From the human T2T-CHM13v2.0 reference genome, Homo sapiens, in NCBI RefSeq assembly GCF_009914755.1, contig NC_060926.1: a stretch of 64,000 nucleotides of DNA; one strand, written 5' to 3'. The position numbers were made by a program, and so were the translations under genes. Under the pieces are notes generated by a model, which saw nothing but the letters and a program-made list of their open reading frames with translations, had not been told where the DNA came from and made no database searches. Positions 56,106 to 64,000 of this stretch are shown one piece after another. How positions within the stretch are numbered: the stretch's first letter is position 1; the number at the start of each line of letters is the position of its first letter.

Positions 56106-59100
56106 TTACTTAAAGACTAAGACTTGAATACATTTTCCAAACTCGCCCCAATGTGAGATCATAGTGCATCATAACATAGATAGATACAGCCACATGAGAA
56201 AGAAAAGATATTATTACTTTCCTGAATGTATTTGTGAATGTATCAAGAAGTTAAGCATAATAATTTTGAAGACTTCCAGAAATTGATTAAATAGAATTTT
56301 ACACTCGTTGATTTGTATCAATTACACATCTGAATTATTTTGGAATGAGTAACATCTCAGAAGCTTTTTGAGTTTCACAATTATCTTAGATGATCCCTTC
56401 AGTTAGAAGAAAGACATAAACTTCACTGACACCTACATAATGACATGCCTTATATTTAAACATCTATTATGACACCTTTTGTAATTTATCTGCCCCTCCA
56501 GATTGTAAAATGAAAAGATAGCAACCAACTTTGTATCTGCCACAGGTTGCACACAGGCCTGAATAAATAGGGTTTTCTTATTTATATATAAGATAGATAT
56601 ATAATATATATATAATTTCTTAAGAAATTATACCTTTATTTTTAATAATTTATGGCTAGAGAGCAGGGATAGAGGTAGAAGGAAACAGAGATTACCCTTT
56701 AGAAGATCATTCTTAACATCCCTCCTAAGAGCATGCTGTACATGGTCTAATTCCTTCGGGACCAGGACCAGAAATGGTTCTGGAAACAGTGCTAAAGGGG
56801 CCAGTGAGTTGAAGCTTCCCTCATTTAACAAATCCATAAACTTATGCCAATTAATTGGCCAGAGTAATTTTTGATACTGACAATTATTGACTATAAAGAG
56901 TTGTTCCCATTTTTTAAATTCTTCCTAAGAGGGCTTGTTTATTCAAAAAAACAGCCAAAACATGAATATCTCCTGGAAGGAGAAACTGTGAATACAAGGA
57001 AATCTGGTGTAGAAAAGAGGTGATCAGTTCCAACTCTCAGGTGATCCTCCCTAGAGAAAGAAATGTCTTATTTGAGTCAGATAGATTCAGTTCCTGCTTG
57101 GTCTTTCCTGCAAGTAATGTACCTCTCTTCTCAGGTTGAACTGTTTTGACACAGTTTGTCAACATCAAAAGCCAAACTTACAATGTATTTGACATTGCCT
57201 TCCTTTTAATTAAATATAAATATGGCTTTTCTGGGGTTTGGGGAGAAGGGCACAGAACCTTGAAAAATTGCAAATTGCCAACTACGGGCTACGCTCAAGG
57301 CGGTGGTTTTTCCTTGTTTATGATGCAATGACACTTCTATTTATGATATACTGTAACTACTTAGGAATTTTAACCAAATTCTCTGATAATTGACAGCATT
57401 CCATATATTTACAAAGCTACAACATACTGTACCCTGTTCCTACTTTTAGGAAAGCATACTAAATAGTAAAAGTATGACTTCATTTGATTTCAGAAACAAC
57501 CTTGAACCAGGAGCAGTTATGTATCAGGGATGATAGAGAAGACAATGAGAAAGAAATATGTTTTAAGGGAAGAGGACTTACAGGGGACTTACTTAAATGA
57601 TCACTTACTATGTGTACATTTATGTGCACTGAAATATTTAATTCTACGAAAATCCAATAAGATGTATAATTTTTCTGTATTTTCAAGTAAAGAACTAGAA
57701 GCATCAATAGTTCAAGCAACTTGCCCAAAATCATACAGCATAGCAAAAATTCTAACCCAGTCTTTTCCAGATTCCTGAGAAGTGGTATGTCACTGGATAT
57801 ACCGATTTTCTTATTTATAATGTGAGTTTGAAGCATGTGTATATTTGTATCTATTTGTGAGATTTGAATTTGCCCCCAGAGCATCTCCTCTTAAAGCAAC
57901 TATGAGTTACTCAAAGATATTTATCAAGCAATTGTTGTCATCCCTGAGATGACTCCTCAATGGGCAACTCAAGTTTTGGCATTAAAAAGTGTATCCTCAG
58001 AGGTTTGTATCCAGTTGTAAGGCATGCTGAAACAAATAAAATGATCTCTGGAGATACTCCTTCCTCCTGTAAGCAAGCACAGTCTCTAACTAAATTCGGA
58101 AATGGCCACAGTACAAAAACTATAAATTGAATAGAAACTAGAGAACTGCTATTCTTCCAAATATAGCTCTGACATATAGGGACTACCATGTTTTTCATAC
58201 AGGGTGCATTAGACATTTCAGAATAACTTTCAGAAGCAGAACAGCTGTGGTACCACTGACCTCTTTAAAACAAAGGAATACAGTTGTCCTTTAAGAACTG
58301 TAGACAAATGAGATGAATATTACTCCCTATACATTGATTACTGGGATAAACTGGTCTTTTCTTCCTCTGAGTGGACCTATATAACAAAGCAGAATTTATT
58401 TTTAAATGTGATTTAACATGAAGCTATAAGAACAATAAAGGCATGGATGATAAGGACAGAAAAGTGTCCAGGGACATTGGATCCAAGGTTCTTCACTGTA
58501 CAGAACTTTTTCCATCATCATATACAGCTTTATCTTATCTCTTTTCTAAAAGGCATTGGGTTGTAAACGTGCTTTAGTAACAACATTTCATGCAGATGAA
58601 TGCAAGTGTAACTATCATAAACCATATTTTGAAAAATGTGCCCTCAAAACTATAAAGCCACATTCTTATCATAACATTAAAGGCTATTTCACATCACGTA
58701 GGTGTTACTTCTCTGAACAGCATGGAATCATTTTTTAAACTTGTTTACAACAATGAGTTTGATGTAGTTTGAGAAGATGGGGGCAGGTTGGTGAGGAATG
58801 GGTATTAGTAAGAAACAGTTGAGAATCACTATTGGATGGAAAAAAACGAAGCACTATAAAAAGTTGTGTGTGCAATTGTGGGTTCACAGCTTAGAGATTG
58901 AAGAGGCTATTTGGATATGGGTGGAGAACTAAAATGGAAGTATTTCATGGAATAGAGGCAAAAATAAATCATAATAGAATAAGGGCAGGAGTAAATGCAA
59001 ATGAAAGAGGGAAAGAATTATGGAGTTCATTACTTCTGGAAAGATTTTGTATAAGTCTCTTCACATACAGTTTGCCTAAGAGTACAAAAAGTTCCTTCCT

Positions 59101-60899
59101 CCTCCCACCAGTCATAATGTAAAAAGTTAGTGATATCTCAAAGTCTTCTCAGAACCTTCAGCGCTTCATAATGAGAAAAACATATGCTGAAGGAGAAATA
59201 TTAATAGAAAATGCTGTCTTTCAGATGCTCACTGAATCAATTGAAGACAGTTGACACATCTTTAGTAAGCTGTTTATGAATCTTAGCTCATTAACCACTC
59301 CTGTATTATGTATGCTGATTCCAATTCCTAATATGACACATCAATAAACCAGATCTGAAAAGGTGTCATTTCGATTTTAATGTATCCAATTGTATTTTTA
59401 GATGTTTCTCCACTTGAAGTGTTTGTGTTATTTCCTGATTTTACAAGCTATGGAAGAGTGGGTGTGGTATTGATTTGAATGAAAAAAAACACTGCTTTAC
59501 TATAACCTTTTCAGAAGATTTTGTTCTGATTATGTTGTAAGAAAAATAAATTGTTCCTCCTTAATATTTCAGCTCTCTCTAAGCCATGGTACACTTCCCC
59601 ATTTAGCACTTAAGTATAACTTGGCCACAAATATGCATGCACCAATATCCAATTGTCTGATTCCCCAAGAATGTGTGAAAGTGGAAAAAGAGAGAAAAAT
59701 ATTTCTATAAAATATTCTTCATGTAGAATGTTTCTTATAGGCAAACTTGGAAACCGACATGTACTTTTCATAAGGATACTTATACATAACTGACCTGCTC
59801 ACCAATCAGACCATCAATTTCTCAGCCTATCACAAAGTATTTAGGTTGTTGTGTAATGTTGGGCTACTATAGCAATTGTACTTTCACCAACTGGCACCAA
59901 CTCAGTTCATGAATTAGCAACTACATTTTGAATGTCCCTGCAACCAAATAGTATGCTAACTGCTGGGATTAAAAGGTGAACAAGACCCAGTGGCTTGGGC
60001 CTCAAAAGAGGTGAGAGGGGTGCAGGGGAAGGTGAACATTTATATAGTACTTTGTTTTACTTGTAATTGTGCTTGGTACATTACATACTATCTTGTTTAT
60101 TCAACAAAACTACACTTTTAGATCTTATTCAAAGAGAGTAAGAAACTTCTCCAAGACCACACGGCTAATAAAAAGCTGTTACAGAATTCAAACCAAGGTC
60201 CACATATTCCAGTTCATGGTCACAACTTTCATTAGTTCACTCACTAATTCCTTTTTCATTCATTTAACCCACCACATGCTAGCATAAAAATTGCCTAGCT
60301 TTAAAGGAAAATTCCCTATTTAATAGGGGAATTTGACAAGCATTCAAGCAGTACAAATACCATGTGAAGTGTTGTGTAAGTAGAATATTCTAAATGCAAC
60401 AGAACTCAGGAGAGGGAGAGCTGACTCTAAGAAAGCTCACAATTATTTTACCTGTTGGCTTAACGGACTTGACTATGTCTTAATTCCTGCCCAAACACCA
60501 TGAAAGTGTCCTTGCAAATCAGCTCTTTCTAATTAAGCAACGGCCAATCTTTTCTAACCCCACCCTGACTGGATCATGTTCCCTATAAGTAAAGTTTGCT
60601 GGTTGGAACCAACAAGACTACTCCCCACTTCTTGCCTGTAAAGCTTAATTTATAGCTGCTACTTCTGTAGCCCTCAATGTCAACTGGTCCCTTTTTTGGA
60701 GACTCTGGCATTAACCTGATTATTACTTTAGTCAGAGACTTCAGTGAAATTAGAAAGGTCTCTTCTCCTCCTCTCTCCTCTCCTCTCATCCCCTTCCCAG
60801 TTTCATACTGATTGCTTGCACCTAGTAGTTCACCAGATCCTCAGGTAAACTGTACTGGAATCATGCCAAACTGTACAGAATGTATCCACCTCTTGAATG

Positions 60900-60954
60900 A
60901 ATATATATATATGAGTGTGTGTGTGTGTGTATACACACGCATATATACACACAC
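60900..60954. repeat. Mixed (AT)n(GT)n(AC)n simple repeat
   Basis: Seen directly. Confidence 0.85.
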
Positions 60955-61594
60955 AATTATGGTTGTGTGGTATTAGCTTCAAACGGTTGGATAGAAAGCA
61001 TTCAAGCATCCCCAATAGCTCTGACCTGGGCATACTATGCCAATTTCACTCTCATCTTCATTAACTTGTACTTTTTTTCTGGTTTATGATATTTCATAGG
61101 CCCCAGTTGGTCTTGTGAAGCATCACATTTTCTTACCATCATTAAGCTCCAAGAGGGCTTTTTACTATTTGGCAGAAAAGATGAGGTCTGGTATAGGCTA
61201 TGATGTTGCAACTTTCTTTTTTTTCTCTTTCTCGCTCCCCTTTGTTTCTTTTTTTTGCAGTTGTCCAAGCCATATTATGTTGGAACTCTTCTAAGAATAA
61301 CTGCAATTTTGAAAGCTTTGACTGTGGGAGGCATTATTTATAGGCCTTTGTGGTTTTAGAAGGAAAAAGAAAAGCTTCCAAGCAGAGTTCTACTAGGAAG
61401 ACTGCCCCCATCCCACTTTAGCCAAATACCATCTTCTGCAGGATATTTTCCTGTAATTCCTTATAAAAAAATTCTTTTGCGACAACATATTAAAGAACCT
61501 GCCAGTTTCTAAACTAACTCTTTCTTATCCTACTGTCATAAAGTTTATATATCTATTGAATTGGACTTTTGTAAGTACATCTTATTATTAAGAA

Positions 61595-62320
61595 CTGTAT
61601 TTGGCCTTAGTATCAGAGATCCATCCTCAAAGGCTTCAGTACACAGGGCTTATTTTCTTATGTCAAAGAAACCCAGTGGGCCAGGCGTGGTGGCTTATAC
61701 CTGTAATGCCAGCACTTAAGGAGGCCAAGGCAGAATGATTGCTTGAGCCCTGGAGTTCAAGACCTGCTTGGGCATCATAAGGAGACCCTTTCTCTACAAA
61801 AAATAAAGTGAGCTGGGCATGGTGGCATGCACCCGTGGTCCTAGCTACTCAGGAGGCTGAGGCAGGAGGATAGCTTGAGCCCAGGAGTTGAGACTGCAGT
61901 AAGCCATGTTCACACCACTGCACTCCAGGCTGCACAGTAGAGCAAGATCCTGTCTCAAAAAATACAAAAGAAACCCAGAGGCAGACAGTGCAGGACTAGT
62001 ATGACTGCTCCACAGATTCGAGAAAGCTCTTTCTACCTGTGTATTTCACTCCACAGAGCTTCAGTTCCCCAGATTAGCTCATAGTACAGCCACTCCATCT
62101 ACATTCAAAGAAACAGAAAGGAGGAAAGGTACACAGGCTAAAAGCTAAATCAGCTCATACATGCTCTCCCAGAAGGCCTGACCAACCCTGTCACTTCAGT
62201 CTCATTGGCCAGACTTGGTCCCATGGCCACTCCAGCTCCAAGGCAGCTGGGTCTATTACCATCCTCTTAACAGTGGGATTGTCTTGCTAAGGAAGAAGAG
62301 AATGGTTATTGGGTGGATGT
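61595..62320 (-). mobile_element. Old MaLR LTR (MLT1J/K-like), split by the AluJ
   Basis: gtctcattggccagacttggtcccatggccactccagctccaagg and ctaaggaagaagagaatggttattgggtgg motifs. Confidence 0.55.
61679..61966 (+). mobile_element. AluJ inserted in an old MLT1-type LTR
   Basis: Alu dimer with TSD AAAGAAACCCAGTG (61665-61678) / AAAGAAACCCAGAG (61967-61980). Confidence 0.92.
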
Positions 62321-63449
62321 TTGCCTTACATATTAGTCTTTTTTATATCTTATTTTCCAGCTGTGGCCTGTTTAGAATCATCAAGAGCCCTGTGCTAGAA
62401 GTTAAAGTATAGAAAGGAAAGTGCATGAGGTGTTTAAGTTCAATAAATAATTATACCTCTAGATGATAAGGCCCTGGTTAAAACTGTGGAAAGATGAATT
62501 CCCTAGTGTACTAAGTAAATCAATTTTTACTTTTCCATCTATAAACAAAACAAAATGAGAGAAATCAATGTGGTATGCAGTTTTGAACAACTTCCTATTT
62601 TATAAAATGTTTATGACCAGGAAATATGCTATTTCAATTTTTTTTTCTGTTTTACCCTCTTATTTTAAAGCAAAAACAAAATGTGTAAGGGAAAAAGGAT
62701 AACATGGAAATAATTTTTAAAACAATTTTCCCTTCTACAAAATCAAGCAACAATAGAATATTTGTAATCAAATCACACTATATGTCCTTGTTTAGTTTCC
62801 CATTGCTACTTAACACTCACACAAACTTAAAACACAAACTTATCCTCTTACAGTTATGGAGGGTGCAAGTCTGAAATCAGTTTCAGACTGAAACTGAAGA
62901 GGTTGGTAGGCCTGCGGTATCCCTAGAGGCTCTGTCTCCTTGCCTTTCCCAGCTTTTGGAGACTGTGGCAATTCCTTAGAAAGCAGCCCCTCATCGCATA
63001 CCCTCTCTTTTCTGCTCCCGTTGTCACATGAGAACTCATATCACCTTTTCTGACTCTCATTCTCCTGTTTCTCCCTAATAAGGATCTTTGTGATTCCACT
63101 GGGCCCATTGAGATAATCCAGAAAAATCTCCCCATCTCAAAATCTCTAACTGATCATATCTGCAAAGTCCCTTTTGCCATGTGAGGTAACATAGTCACAC
63201 ATTCCAGGGATTCAGACACGGACATCTTTGGAAGGCCCTTGTTCACCCTACCACTCCTTGTAAAACAGGACATTTAAGAAAACCAAATGTTAAGATCAGG
63301 AAGATAATGTCAAAGTCACATTGTTGTTGCTTTCATGTTAAGATTATCTCACAGTACAGCCATTCTATCTACATTCAAAGAAGCAGAAAGGAGAAAAGGT
63401 CCAAAGGCTAAAAGCTAATCAGTTCATACACAGCCTCCCAGAAGGCCTG
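62071..63449 (+). repeat. Dispersed direct repeat, two ~110-bp copies (62071-62180 and 63341-63449)
   Basis: Hand alignment gives 13 mismatches and 1 gap over 110 columns (~87% identity). Confidence 0.92.
62788..63254 (-). mobile_element. MaLR LTR, MLT1D/C-like
   Basis: ttagtttcccattgct...cttacagttatggagg...gataatccagaaaaatctccccatctcaaaatc...tgcaaagtcccttttgccatgtgaggtaacat. Confidence 0.8.
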
Positions 63450-63645
63450 CCACTGTCAAATTCAGAGTCAAAATAAAAAGAAACTCCTTAATAACCAGGT
63501 TGAGTCCACCTATTCCCTTTGACTACTGACTAGGACTCTTAGTTGCTAGTCTCAGTCCAAAATTTTCTCAAGAAAATTTTCTCATGTACCTGTACCTATG
63601 AAATCTTGTTTTTTCCCTAACCTTCCTTTTTATTTTTTTTTCCAG

Positions 63646-63751
63646 AAAAGCAAGACAACAACACAAGAATTGAAGCTGTAAAATCTCTTGTACAAAAACT
63701 CCCTCCGCCAAATCGTGACACCATGAAAGTCCTCTTTGGACATCTAACTAA
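63646..63751 (+). CDS. ARHGAP15: Internal coding exon of Rho GTPase-activating protein 15 (C-terminal part of the RhoGAP domain)
   Basis: Polypyrimidine tract cttcctttttatttttttttccAG before 63646 and donor AA|GTAAGT after 63751. 106 nt, phase 1 to phase 2. Translates (K)KQDNNTRIEAVKSLVQKLPPPNRDTMKVLFGHLT(K), which I recognise as ARHGAP15 RhoGAP sequence. Too short for the ORF track. Confidence 0.95.
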
Positions 63752-64000
63752 GTAAGTTGTAAGGATTTCTGGATGTGTCATTTTATAGTCATTTCCTAAA
63801 TGGGCAATATTGAATTTCACATCTCTAAGGCAAGAGTTTCCAAATGCGTACATCTCGTATTTTCCCTTGTAGCTGAACTAGGTCTTTCTGCAGAAGCTGG
63901 AGAATGTGTTAGGGATAGGAAGGACAATCTACAAAAGGAACTTCTGAAATAACTTATTTTTCAAGGCCCTTTCAACTAGTATATGTTTGCTGATTGCTTG

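Noticed and set aside
63617-63853. 78-aa minus-strand ORF over the ARHGAP15 exon
   Set aside because: Shadow ORF antisense to the real exon; no independent support.

Overview
Human/hominid genomic DNA: AT-rich and CpG-poor, with Alus and primate L1s. Almost all of the window is one large + strand intron of ARHGAP15 (Rho GTPase-activating protein 15). The only recognisable host coding exon is a 106-nt RhoGAP-domain exon at 63646-63751. From about 11 to 38.5 kb the sequence is repeat-dense. It holds a full-length, retrotransposition-dead L1PA2-like LINE-1 (21786-27824, 14-bp TSD), a near full-length Tigger1 nested in an old L1M, and Alu, MLT1, MER and MIR elements. From about 39 to 56 kb it is repeat-poor and carries motif-dense blocks that look like conserved non-coding elements, probably part of the ZEB2 regulatory block and including a likely ultraconserved element near 40 kb. 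The most unusual observations are in the L1 5' UTR. A 4-bp deletion removes the ORF0 stop codon, giving a 163-aa antisense ORF that runs out of the element. The retained ORF0 splice donor could also join in frame to two candidate antisense exons. No prokaryotic-type system, CRISPR array, tRNA or rRNA is present. Repeat subfamily calls and conservation statements come from recall of consensus sequences, not from searches, and old-repeat boundaries are approximate.
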